Source of the DNA: a bacterium
GTDB lineage: Bacteria; Krumholzibacteriota; Krumholzibacteriia; Krumholzibacteriales; Krumholzibacteriaceae
Reading direction: 5' to 3'
DNA length: 64,000 bases
NCBI GenBank assembly: GCA_020350885.1
Contig: CP070727.1
Coordinates: 3,664,017-3,728,016 of the forward strand
Shown here: positions 9,237 through 18,644 of the stretch, one piece after another
Numbering within the stretch: position 1 is the first letter of the stretch
Layout: each line of letters starts with the position of its first letter
The notes under the pieces: model-generated
What the model saw: only the letters and a program-made list of their open reading frames with translations
The model's database searches: none
What the model was told of the DNA's origin: nothing
Program-made: the position numbers and the translations under genes

Positions 9237-11108
9237 GTGAAGGAACCTGTGAGTAAAGCTGCAACCCGAAACGGAACGAAACTCGTCGTGCTGGGTTTCG
9301 ACGGCCTCGACCCCAAGACCATGGAGTCCCTGATGGCACAAGGAAAGCTGCCAAACTTTTCCCGCCTGCGAGACGAAGGTTGTTTTCACCGGCTTGCCAC
9401 GACCAATCCCTCGCAATCCCCCGTGGCCTGGGCTGGATTCGCCACGGGAAGAAATCCCAGCAAGACCGGGATATTCGACTTTGTGGTGCGGGATCCCGGA
9501 ACCTACCGGCTGCGGCTGTCACTCTCGAACTTCGTGGACGACAAACCAACGAGAGTCATCCGGGGTAACTGCTTCTGGGATTATACATCCCAGCGGAAGA
9601 TCCCGACCGTCGTCATCACCTGTCCTCTCACTTTCCCCCCCGATGCCGTGCACGGGCGGATGCTCTCGGGTATGGGAGTGCCCGATATCCTTCGCACAGA
9701 GGGAACGTTCTCGTACTATACGTCCCAGCGTGAGGAGAAGCGGAAGGACGCAGGCGGCAAGGTGTTCGATATAAAAAAATCTCCGGTCATGGTCATGCAT
9801 CTCGTCGGGCCTCGGACAACCGGGAAGGACGGTAAGACCGATTTTCTCAAGGTACCGTTCAAGGTTGTCCATCCGCCGGGTTCGTCACGCGTTACTATAG
9901 AGTTCCAGAAAAACAAATTCGAACTCGAATGCAACAGTTGGAGCGGGTGGAAGGAGGTCTCCTTCAAGCTGGGACTGATGAAAAAAGCCAAGGGGATCGT
10001 GAATTTCTATCTCGTCGAGACGGATCCCGAATTCAAACTATACGCAAGCCCGATCAATTTCGATCCGCGCAATCCGCAATTCGATATCTCTTACCCGCGC
10101 GGCTACAGCAGGGAACTCGCCGCCCGGATCGGCCTCTTCTACACGCAGGGGATGCCCATGGATACCTGGGCAGTGAATGAGAAACGGCTCCTCGAGGATC
10201 CGTTCATCGAGCAGATGAACGAGGTGCTCAGGGAAAAGCGGGCGATGCTCGACTACGAACTCGGTCGTCTCACCGGGGGAGTCCTCTTTTGCTACTTCGA
10301 ATCCTCGGACATCGTCCAGCACATGTTCTGGCGATACATAGATCCACAGCACCCGCTCCACGAGCCCGATGCACCGGCCGAATACAAGGAAATGATCGAG
10401 AACTGGTACCGGAAGGTCGACGATGTCCTTGCTACAACGAGGGAGAAGCTCGATGGCAACGATACACTGATCGTTCTCTCCGATCACGGCTTCGGTACGT
10501 TCCGCCGGACTGTACACCTCAACAGCTGGTTACGCAAGCACGGCTACCTGGAGCTCAAGGACAGCCAAGCGGACACGGGTGCAGATTTACTCTCCGATAT
10601 CGACTGGACGGCGACGAAAGCCTATGCAATCGGATTCGGTGCCATCTATATCAATCTCGAAGGGCGGGAAGGCTACGGTATCGTGCCTCCCGGCGATGAG
10701 GCTGACGCACTCAAATCGGAGATCGCAGATCGCATCGTTCAATGGATCGACGATAAATACAACCAGCCGGTGATCAGCAGGGTATACAAACAGAAGGAGA
10801 TATTCGGCTCACAGAGCAGCGACGAGATACCCGACCTCTTTGTCGGATTCAACATCGGCTACCGCGCATCGAGACAGACGGCACTGGGTGGTGTGCCGGA
10901 TACACTGATCGAGGATAACCTCAAGAAATGGTCAGGCTCCCATCTCTTCGACCCTTCATTGGTGCCGGGAGTTTTATTCAGCAACAGACCGATTAGGATA
11001 GAGAATCCGAGCATCTATGATATCACGCCAACGATACTGAAGATCGTCGGCTACAGCGCGGACGAAATCCGATCCCTCGACATGGACGGAACCCCGCTCT
11101 TCGACTAG
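9237..11108 (+). CDS. Alkaline phosphatase superfamily protein (COG3379-like)
   Basis: VLGFDG, TTNPSQSPVAW..FATG.NP, D.VQHMFW, LSDHGF, WSGSH motifs; GTG start. Confidence 0.85.
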   Translation: MKEPVSKAATRNGTKLVVLGFDGLDPKTMESLMAQGKLPNFSRLRDEGCFHRLATTNPSQSPVAWAGFATGRNPSKTGIFDFVVRDPGTYRLRLSLSNFVDDKPTRVIRGNCFWDYTSQRKIPTVVITCPLTFPPDAVHGRMLSGMGVPDILRTEGTFSYYTSQREEKRKDAGGKVFDIKKSPVMVMHLVGPRTTGKDGKTDFLKVPFKVVHPPGSSRVTIEFQKNKFELECNSWSGWKEVSFKLGLMKKAKGIVNFYLVETDPEFKLYASPINFDPRNPQFDISYPRGYSRELAARIGLFYTQGMPMDTWAVNEKRLLEDPFIEQMNEVLREKRAMLDYELGRLTGGVLFCYFESSDIVQHMFWRYIDPQHPLHEPDAPAEYKEMIENWYRKVDDVLATTREKLDGNDTLIVLSDHGFGTFRRTVHLNSWLRKHGYLELKDSQADTGADLLSDIDWTATKAYAIGFGAIYINLEGREGYGIVPPGDEADALKSEIADRIVQWIDDKYNQPVISRVYKQKEIFGSQSSDEIPDLFVGFNIGYRASRQTALGGVPDTLIEDNLKKWSGSHLFDPSLVPGVLFSNRPIRIENPSIYDITPTILKIVGYSADEIRSLDMDGTPLFD

Positions 11109-11142
11109 ACGTGCACGCGTGTTGACTGGTATACTGCGTACT

Positions 11143-12351
11143 ATGAAACGATTCCTATTCTATATCTTTATGTTCGGGCTCACGGTCATTGTTTGCTTCG
11201 TGATCCTCGAATTCGCCGTCGCCCGTTTCTACTACTTCGATGTCCATGGGGTCAAGGACTACGTCCATGACGATGAGATCGGTTGGTGCCTGAAACCGGG
11301 TACATACCATGTCAAAGCACCGAATAGATACAGAAAACACACCGTCACAATCAACGAGTACGGCTTCCGGGGCACAGAGATTACACCCGAGAGACGTGAT
11401 GGAGTAACGAGGATCATCATCCTTGGAGATTCATTCACGTACGGACAGATCAACAGTCAAGATGAAATATTCCCATCGAAGCTCGAGGACCTGTTGAACG
11501 ACGGTGAAGATGAGCATGCGTTCGAGGTGCTGAACGCGGGTGTAATGGGATATGGGAACGCCCAGGAATGGTTGCTCATGAAACGGCTGGCCGATAGTGG
11601 CATCATCGGAGACATATATCTCGTGATGCTCTTTACGAATGATATCCTGGACAACATGCACCTCAGATACGCGGACCTATCGGAGAATTCCTACCAGCCC
11701 GGGTATTCTTTGGATGATGATGGACAGATCGTCCTCGAACACCCTGTCAGGGAACGGCGCCCTGAGGAGAAAAACCCGTCACGTGAAACGACACGAAAAC
11801 CGATACGGGCCAGGCTCACACGGGTGCTCAAGATACGGATCGAATCATTTCTACAAACAAAACCGGGCTGGATACGGGGATTGAACAGGATCGGTTTCGA
11901 TGTCGAGTTCCCCCGGATACCAGGCCTGCTGAACGCCTGGTACCACGATGATATTCTGGAGATGGGCGTCCCCCTGATGAAAGCCCTGTTGCACGAGATG
12001 CGGGACGAGGCAACGCGCAGGGATGCCATGCTGCTCGTGAGCCTCATCCCCTCGCAGATCCAGATTTACTCGGAGGTCTACGGTCCCATGCTCGAGCGGA
12101 CATTTACGGACGACGAGCTTATCGACAGGTTCATGTCGGACCAGCAGCGGCCGCAACGGATCGTGCAATCAATGTGCGATGAACTCGGGATCCCGTTTCT
12201 CGACCTCTATCCCATACTTCACGGCAACAACGACCGCTCCTTCTACATTCCCCGTGAGGGTCACTTCAACGCAAACGGTCACGACATCGTCGCTCGGAGC
12301 CTTGCGGAATTTATAAGGGATCACATTTCGGCTATCGAAGGGTCTCAGTGA
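11143..12351 (+). CDS. SGNH/GDSL hydrolase-like protein with N-terminal anchor (AlgX/AlgJ-like)
   Basis: N-terminal TM; [26 protein letters not shown] and EGHFNANGH motifs. Confidence 0.8.
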   Translation: MKRFLFYIFMFGLTVIVCFVILEFAVARFYYFDVHGVKDYVHDDEIGWCLKPGTYHVKAPNRYRKHTVTINEYGFRGTEITPERRDGVTRIIILGDSFTYGQINSQDEIFPSKLEDLLNDGEDEHAFEVLNAGVMGYGNAQEWLLMKRLADSGIIGDIYLVMLFTNDILDNMHLRYADLSENSYQPGYSLDDDGQIVLEHPVRERRPEEKNPSRETTRKPIRARLTRVLKIRIESFLQTKPGWIRGLNRIGFDVEFPRIPGLLNAWYHDDILEMGVPLMKALLHEMRDEATRRDAMLLVSLIPSQIQIYSEVYGPMLERTFTDDELIDRFMSDQQRPQRIVQSMCDELGIPFLDLYPILHGNNDRSFYIPREGHFNANGHDIVARSLAEFIRDHISAIEGSQ

Positions 12352-13564
12352 TGATGCCCGCCCCCAGTAGCTCGTGACCCTGTTCCACGACAAACCTGCC
12401 GAGTTCCTCGATAAAGGCGAAGTTTTCCACGATGATCGGCTGCTCGGTTTTGAAGACGAGGGTACCGCTCTCGTTGATCCCGAGTTCCCGGGCATTCTCG
12501 CCGATCACCTCGAGCGTGGAGGTGTCAACGCGCTTCTCTATCCGTTCGACGGCACAGTTCACTTCCTGGGTGGAGCACCGCAGCGTCATGGTGCTCTCGA
12601 GCTGGAGCGGTCTCTCCGATATCCAGAATATATTTCCTCTGAAGCGGTTGGTTGGCTGTAGCTTCTCATCATGGTCGACGAGCACATTCCCCCGCATCAC
12701 CGAATGATCCCCCCCGAGCGTAACGGCGATATTTTCGCCGCCCTGTGCCTGATGCTTCCTCCCCCCGAAGATCCTGATCTCATCAACCGTTGCGTCCGTG
12801 CTCGACGGCAATACCGTTAGCCGCTGCCCTTCCGTGATGGCCCCGGAGGTTATTCGCCCGGCTATGAGCCTATCTCCGTCTATCTCGTAGACATCCTGGA
12901 TGGGGAACCGGAGCGGACGCTCCATCTTCGCCTTTGATTCCATCGACTCAAGGGCCTTGAGGAAGCTCTCCCCCTTATACCAGCGCATCTTCGAAGATTT
13001 CTTCGAGATGTTCGTTCCCTCCCTGGCCGAGACCGGTACCATGTGTACCGGTGTAATTCCAAGAGTCTCTGCAAACGTAATGAAATCACCCTTCACCCGC
13101 TCGAAGACGTCCTGCCGGTAATCGACCAGATCCATCTTATTGAATACTGCGACCACGCGGTCGAGTCCGAGCATGTGAAGTATATAGGCGTGGCGTCTCG
13201 TCTGTTCCTGAACTCCCTCGTGCGTATCGATGATAAGCACGGCGGCCTCCGCATGCGCCGCCCCGGTCATCATATTCTTGATAAACTCCACGTGGCCGGG
13301 GGCATCGATAATGACGAAGTTCTTGCGTTTCGTGTTGAAGAATATCTGGGTCGTATCGATCGTGATGCTCTGTTCCCGTTCCTCCTTGAGCTGATCGGTG
13401 AGATACGCAAGCTCGGCTTCCTTCCCGAGCTCCTTGGATATCCGTTTGATCTCCTCGACCTTTTCCTTCGGCAGGGAATCCGTATCCAGCAGGAGCCTGC
13501 CGATCAGCGTAGATTTACCGTGATCAACGTGTCCGACGATTACAATCTTTACGGTCTCCTTCAT
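12332..13564 (-). CDS. cysN: Sulfate adenylyltransferase subunit 1 (GTPase), without an APS-kinase domain
   Basis: [33 protein letters not shown] motifs; adjacent to cysD. Confidence 0.92.
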   Translation of the reverse strand: MKETVKIVIVGHVDHGKSTLIGRLLLDTDSLPKEKVEEIKRISKELGKEAELAYLTDQLKEEREQSITIDTTQIFFNTKRKNFVIIDAPGHVEFIKNMMTGAAHAEAAVLIIDTHEGVQEQTRRHAYILHMLGLDRVVAVFNKMDLVDYRQDVFERVKGDFITFAETLGITPVHMVPVSAREGTNISKKSSKMRWYKGESFLKALESMESKAKMERPLRFPIQDVYEIDGDRLIAGRITSGAITEGQRLTVLPSSTDATVDEIRIFGGRKHQAQGGENIAVTLGGDHSVMRGNVLVDHDEKLQPTNRFRGNIFWISERPLQLESTMTLRCSTQEVNCAVERIEKRVDTSTLEVIGENARELGINESGTLVFKTEQPIIVENFAFIEELGRFVVEQGHELLGAGIITETLR

Positions 13565-13577
13565 TTGTCACCTCATC

Positions 13578-14381
13578 TTACATATATCCAAGGCTTCTGA
13601 GTTTCTGCATCGTGTAGGTATCCTCTTTGTCCTGCGCCCTGCCGCTCCGCTCGGCCTCCTTTGTCGTTTCGAGCTCATGTATGACCTTCTTGATCGTATC
13701 GGCTTTCGAATCGACCGGGGCGCAGCAGGTCTCACACCCGATACTCCTGTACCGTTTGCCTTTCTTGGCGAAGTAGAGATCAACGATGGGAATGTTCTCC
13801 CTCTCGATATAACGCCAGATGTCGACCTCCGTCCAGTGAAGCATCGGGTGGATCCTGAGATGCTGCGATGCTTCGACCTGCGATTTGTACAGATCCCAGA
13901 GCTCGGGAGGCTGATCCTGGTAGTTCCACTTGAAATCGGCCGTTCTGGGTGAGAAGTATCGTTCTTTTGCCCTGATACCGTGCTCGTCCCTCCGTATGGC
14001 CAGAAGCAGCGCTTCGAATCCGTACTCCTTGATCGACTGCTTGAGGGCTTCGGTCTTCAAAGCATTGCAGCAGTCGAGCTTCTCCCCCTTACCCGGACCC
14101 ATCCCGCCGGAGAGTGCATCCTCGTTCCGGCTGATGAGAAGTTCGAATCCCCATTTCTTAGAATAGGAATCGCGATAGTCGTATATCTCCTTGAATTTGT
14201 AACTCGTATCGATGTGGACAACCGGAAAGGGAATCTTTCCGAAGAACGCCTTACGGGCGATCCATACCATCGTCGTGGAATCCTTCCCGATCGACCACAG
14301 GAGTGCGATTTTATTGAATCGTGCGTACGACTCCCGGATGATGTAGATCGTCTTATTCTCGAGTTCTCCCAGATAGTCCAT
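13578..14381 (-). CDS. cysD: Sulfate adenylyltransferase subunit 2
   Basis: LWSIGKDS, LKTEALKQ, RRDE..RAKERYFS, QPPELW, YRSIGC, ERSGRAQD motifs. Confidence 0.95.
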   Translation of the reverse strand: MDYLGELENKTIYIIRESYARFNKIALLWSIGKDSTTMVWIARKAFFGKIPFPVVHIDTSYKFKEIYDYRDSYSKKWGFELLISRNEDALSGGMGPGKGEKLDCCNALKTEALKQSIKEYGFEALLLAIRRDEHGIRAKERYFSPRTADFKWNYQDQPPELWDLYKSQVEASQHLRIHPMLHWTEVDIWRYIERENIPIVDLYFAKKGKRYRSIGCETCCAPVDSKADTIKKVIHELETTKEAERSGRAQDKEDTYTMQKLRSLGYM

Positions 14382-14791
14382 CGTTCCATTCCTCCAGCAT
14401 CTCTTTAAATTATAATACGTTATGAGAACAGATTCTGCAACAAAATAGTAACCCTATATCCCGAAAGCAATCTCCGTACCCACGGGATCGATTTCCACAA
14501 AATCCATTCCCGATTTAGCCATATATAATAAAATAAACCGAGATCATATTCAAATATTATCTTACGTTATAGTGATTACTGATGCATTTCACACAGGACC
14601 GACACTGCGATGGTGAATCCGGAATGGCATATCGTGAAAGTGCCCGGCCGAAAACGACATGCAGTGATATCCCCGTCATCCGTGGCCAACAAGTTTCCCT
14701 TGCATCCCGAGCAGGAAATCACGTACGTTCATACGCTTAATATGCCGCTGCCAAGCGGTATATGACCACCCATCGAGAGGAAGGATCGTTG

Positions 14792-15058
14792 ATGCCGACG
14801 TATCACTACCTATGTGAACGCTGCGGACACGAGTTTGAAGTCGTTCAGCGGATTACCGATCCGCCCCGGAAACGTTGTCTGAAATGCCGGGGTCCCATTT
14901 ATCGTGTCATTCACCCCGTTGGACATATCCTGAAGGGAAGCGGATTTTACCGGACTGACTACCGTACCGATGAATTCAAGAAGCAGGAGAAGGCAGAAAC
15001 TGCGTCGACTACCCCCGACAAGACCGAGAAACCAAAGAAATCGAAGGATAAGGATTGA
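14792..15058 (+). CDS. FmdB-family zinc-ribbon protein
   Basis: MPTY.Y.C..CGH.FE, C..C, KGSGFY.TDY; SD GAGGAAGGA. Confidence 0.9.
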   Translation: MPTYHYLCERCGHEFEVVQRITDPPRKRCLKCRGPIYRVIHPVGHILKGSGFYRTDYRTDEFKKQEKAETASTTPDKTEKPKKSKDKD

Positions 15059-15159
15059 AATCCATCTATCGGATGCGATTAAAAACGTGCAGCATGCAAG
15101 AATTGAGCGAATGTGCAGGCCGCCTCTCCGTTGCTCGCCCCTCTCCGGCTTTGCCTGCC

Positions 15160-16563
15160 CTATAGATACCCGAGGCTCCGTAACTCCTCCTCGAGCTTTT
15201 CCTGTTCGGCCGCACTGAGCTTGAATCCGGAATCGAGAATATCCGACCTTCTCTTGGTCACCCGGATGTGTTGTTTGAGCAATGAGGATAGTGGGCGTAA
15301 CTGCGTACTCTGATTTGCCAGGTTGTCCTTTTCCCGAGGATCGATTCCAAGATCATAGAGCTCTCGACGAAGCTCACCCATCCAGAGAATGCGCAGCACA
15401 GATCTCAGGCGTTTCACTTTCGAGAGATAGTGACATGGTGAGGCCTCGATCAATTTCAGGTTCCCCTGCCGGACCGCTGCCTTATGCGGACCGATACAGA
15501 AAACGAGATTCGGCTGGTCAATCGAGGATTTCCGCTCCATATCCGTTGTGAAATCAAACGAAACGAGCTGTTTCGGAAGCGCCCGCACCCCCGCAAGACG
15601 CATCAAACTCGGCATTACCTGGATGTGGCTTATCGGCTCTGCCTTTCGCACCGCTTCCGTACGCAGAGGATCATGGATAATACCAACCGTTCGTATAACC
15701 TCCTCGTAGAGGTGCACATCGGCATGCCCGAATTGACCGTGATCCCACAACTCCTCCCCATGATCGGAGAAGACCGCAAAGATCGTGTCACGGTACCGGT
15801 CATGCGACTTGAGTGATTCAAAGACCCTGGCGACATTGTCGTCCGTGCATTTGATGCTTGCATCATACTTGTCGATTATCCATTGGCGGGTTGCTTTATT
15901 CACTTTCCTGCGTCCGGTATTCATAGCGTTAACCAACTGGTGCTTTCGTGGAAATGTCCTCTCACCTTTTTTCTTTGGTTTTGGCCGTTCTATATGCTGG
16001 GGGAAGAACACCTCGACGATCTCCTGGTCGATATCATCTGGATCAGTCGAATCGAACAATGTTTCATATTCCGCTGGGAGGCGGTAGGGTGCGTGCCCCC
16101 CGCGGTAGTGTAGGAAGAGGCAGAAGGGTCTATCCCCATCCCACCGCTCCAGCCACTCGATCGCACCGTCACTCACGGCCCCGGTGAGCTCCTTGCTGAA
16201 ATCGAAGCTCCGTGTTTCAGTTACTACCTCGAGCCCTCCCCATATGCGCGATAGCAAATTCTTGAAGAAACCGAAAGTGACGATGGCGTGTGTATCGAAA
16301 CGATGTGCATCGAGGCATTCCTTAATTGGAGAATTTGCTATCTGCTTGTTGAAAAAGAAGTTGCCATGATAATAGGGATAGGTGGACGTGAACAGCGATG
16401 TGAAGGCCGGAGCGGTGAAGTTGGAGGTGGAATAGCAGGCATCGAGCACACTGCTCTGTTCGGCCAGCGTATCCAAAAACGGTGACGTGGATCTATGGTA
16501 GCCATAACAGCCGAGATGATCGGCTCGTAGAGTATCGACAACGATGAAGACAATACTGCGCAT
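15160..16563 (-). CDS. Sulfatase-like hydrolase/transferase
   Basis: IVVDTLRADHLGCYGY, FTAPA.TSLFT, H.PY, SDHGEE, HG..GH, ELYDL..DP.E..NL; C-terminal LRSLGYL. Confidence 0.85.
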   Translation of the reverse strand: MRSIVFIVVDTLRADHLGCYGYHRSTSPFLDTLAEQSSVLDACYSTSNFTAPAFTSLFTSTYPYYHGNFFFNKQIANSPIKECLDAHRFDTHAIVTFGFFKNLLSRIWGGLEVVTETRSFDFSKELTGAVSDGAIEWLERWDGDRPFCLFLHYRGGHAPYRLPAEYETLFDSTDPDDIDQEIVEVFFPQHIERPKPKKKGERTFPRKHQLVNAMNTGRRKVNKATRQWIIDKYDASIKCTDDNVARVFESLKSHDRYRDTIFAVFSDHGEELWDHGQFGHADVHLYEEVIRTVGIIHDPLRTEAVRKAEPISHIQVMPSLMRLAGVRALPKQLVSFDFTTDMERKSSIDQPNLVFCIGPHKAAVRQGNLKLIEASPCHYLSKVKRLRSVLRILWMGELRRELYDLGIDPREKDNLANQSTQLRPLSSLLKQHIRVTKRRSDILDSGFKLSAAEQEKLEEELRSLGYL

Positions 16564-16792
16564 TTCATCGGCTCCGGGATCAATTCCTATTCACCGGTCT
16601 CACAGCTCGACATCGAATCCGTATCGATTCACACGAACCGCTCCTTGCCGGTGCATGGTACCATATGCGGCAGAAATTGTGCAACATCAATGACCTGCGA
16701 GTGATAGGAAGGATGCATATCCTCGATGAGATACAGTCCGGTTGGATACTATCGAGAGAAAAGTTTACATTTCGTACTGAATGCCTACGACC

Positions 16793-16921
16793 CGATAAAG
16801 GGAGCAGGGAAAGCAATAACGGTAGGGTCTCCATTTATTTCCAAAGCTACTCAGGAGTATTTTGGAAAAAGCTGGAAAGGACCGGCAATCACGTTATCAC
16901 TTTCCCTGACTTCCCTTTTCG
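16793..16921. repeat. Long imperfect inverted repeat (about 129-nt rod hairpin); candidate ncRNA or MITE/REP-like element
   Basis: AAAGGGAGCAGGGAAAGCAATAACG (16797-16821) pairs with CGTTATCACTTTCCCTGACTTCCCTTT (16892-16918); inner GGTC/GACC, TCCA/TGGA, TTTCCAAA/TTTGGAAA and TACTC/GAGTA stems. Confidence 0.7.
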
Positions 16922-16978
16922 TTTATGAGATGATCGGCCTACTCCACGCGCCCGTTCGTAGAACCCTCGAACATCCTA

Positions 16979-17302
16979 CTAGTATTCGAATCGTTTTCGC
17001 CTGTTTTCCGGCCAGAAGCGGTTTTTCTTTATCAGGTTGGAATCCTCGTCGAAGACGAATTCGACACCTATTTCGAGATACCGCCAGTACTCCTTGACAG
17101 TACCGTACCCGCGCACGCGCACACGGTGGACAGGGTAACCATACTCCTCGTATATACGAAGCTTGTCGTTGCGGAGATTATCGACGAGGGAGAGGCGGCG
17201 CAGGTACTTGCGGCCCTTTTTCCCCCGGCGAATGGTCACTGCCTCTGATGCGGTGCTGATCAGGGCTGCGAGGAGCAGTAACAAGATCAGACGCTTGACC
17301 AT
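16979..17302 (-). CDS. Small exported hypothetical protein
   Basis: Signal peptide MVKRLILLLLLAALISTASEA; GYP...E.W.Y motif. Confidence 0.7.
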   Translation of the reverse strand: MVKRLILLLLLAALISTASEAVTIRRGKKGRKYLRRLSLVDNLRNDKLRIYEEYGYPVHRVRVRGYGTVKEYWRYLEIGVEFVFDEDSNLIKKNRFWPENRRKRFEY

Positions 17303-17532
17303 CGCCCTCACATCCTTTCCGATGTTTAACCTCAAGTTGCTCTTCTTGCCACCCCACGACTTCTTATTATATCATATATTACCTTATTGTTTCAATATGC
17401 TCCTTGTGAAGATGCAGGAACAGTGAGGGACCTGGTGAACTTCATCATGGAAGTGATGAGGCTCCACACGATTCCGTCCAGCGATCGAGTAGTGTATCTT
17501 TTTTTATAACAGAGCATTAAGGAATATAGAAT

Positions 17533-18471
17533 ATGGCTCATGTACCACACGAGAGCGCCTCGCCGGGACGAGACGGCACCGTGACGATCAGGATTTTTCT
17601 CGTCGTCCTCTTCGCCATATGGTCAATTGCCTTCACGGCGATAAAACACCTTCGTGAAATCTTTTCTCCGATGGAGCTGGTCTGTGCCCGTTTCCTCCCC
17701 GCCTCCATCATCTGCCTGGTCTACCTCCTCCTCCGTCGGGAGCACCGAAGGGAGATCCTGCTGGTGCTCCAATCGGCACCTCTGCGGATCCTGGCGATGG
17801 GGCTGTGCGGCGTTGCCGGCTATAACTACTTCCTCTATCTCGGTCAGAGTGAGATCAAGCCCGGTGCGGCTGCCCTCATCACCACACTCGCACCATTGTT
17901 TACCCTGCTGCTGGCGATCCCCTTCCTGCGCGAACGGGTTCCCTTGCGCCGGATCGTGGGTATCGTACTCGCATTCGCCGGCCTCTACTTCGTCGTCCGA
18001 TGGGGCCGGGTCGGTCTGGGAAACGTCATCGGAATCGCGATGCCGGAGATCAAATATGCACTGATTACCACACTGGCACCGCTCTGCTGGACACTCTACA
18101 CGGTCATCGGGAAAAAGCTTGTGCACGAGAGATCCCCCCTCGTCGTCACCTACCTTTCGATCGTATTCGGCACGATCCCCGTCCTTCCATTCGTGAGTGG
18201 AGATTTTCTCCATACATTCGTACATATGGATGCCACACACTGGCTGGCCCTTTTTCACCTCTCGGTATTGAGCACACTGATCGGTTTCTGGATATGGTTC
18301 GCCGCACTACGCCGGCTACCGGCAACTTCCGTGGCCTCGTTCATATACCTCAATCCACCGTTTGCGGCCGCTTTCGGCTGGCTCTTCTTCGGCGAAGAGG
18401 TCACGGAGCTGTTCCTTCTCGGAAGTGCGGTGGTGCTATTCGGACTCTATCTCTCCCAATCGAGAAGGTGA
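17533..18471 (+). CDS. DMT/EamA family transporter
   Basis: 10 TM helices in two EamA repeats (ARF, P.FT.LLA..FLRE, YLNP.FA..FG..FFGE). Confidence 0.9.
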   Translation: MAHVPHESASPGRDGTVTIRIFLVVLFAIWSIAFTAIKHLREIFSPMELVCARFLPASIICLVYLLLRREHRREILLVLQSAPLRILAMGLCGVAGYNYFLYLGQSEIKPGAAALITTLAPLFTLLLAIPFLRERVPLRRIVGIVLAFAGLYFVVRWGRVGLGNVIGIAMPEIKYALITTLAPLCWTLYTVIGKKLVHERSPLVVTYLSIVFGTIPVLPFVSGDFLHTFVHMDATHWLALFHLSVLSTLIGFWIWFAALRRLPATSVASFIYLNPPFAAAFGWLFFGEEVTELFLLGSAVVLFGLYLSQSRR

Positions 18472-18644
18472 TTTCCTCCACTGTCCATGCGTGCACCCCG
18501 CCTCATACCCGCTCGGCTTGTCCGCTTCCGCCGATGTGCCACCGAAGACACCTGTTAAAAAATGATTGCTTGGTAAGTGCCTCGTACGGTAAGGTTTGGT
18601 CTATTCGATAGAGGTCTTCCGAGTCAGCAGTACGATACAATAAT

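Noticed and set aside
12332-12351. 20-bp convergent overlap of the SGNH gene and cysN
   Set aside because: Short tail-to-tail overlaps are common
14603-14666. Interrupted hairpin CACTGC..GCAGTG between cysD and fmdB
   Set aside because: Short stems are plausible by chance at this GC content
16580-17097. Short ORFs (84-123 aa) in the sulfatase upstream gap
   Set aside because: No SD or recognisable motifs; the region is better explained by the inverted repeat
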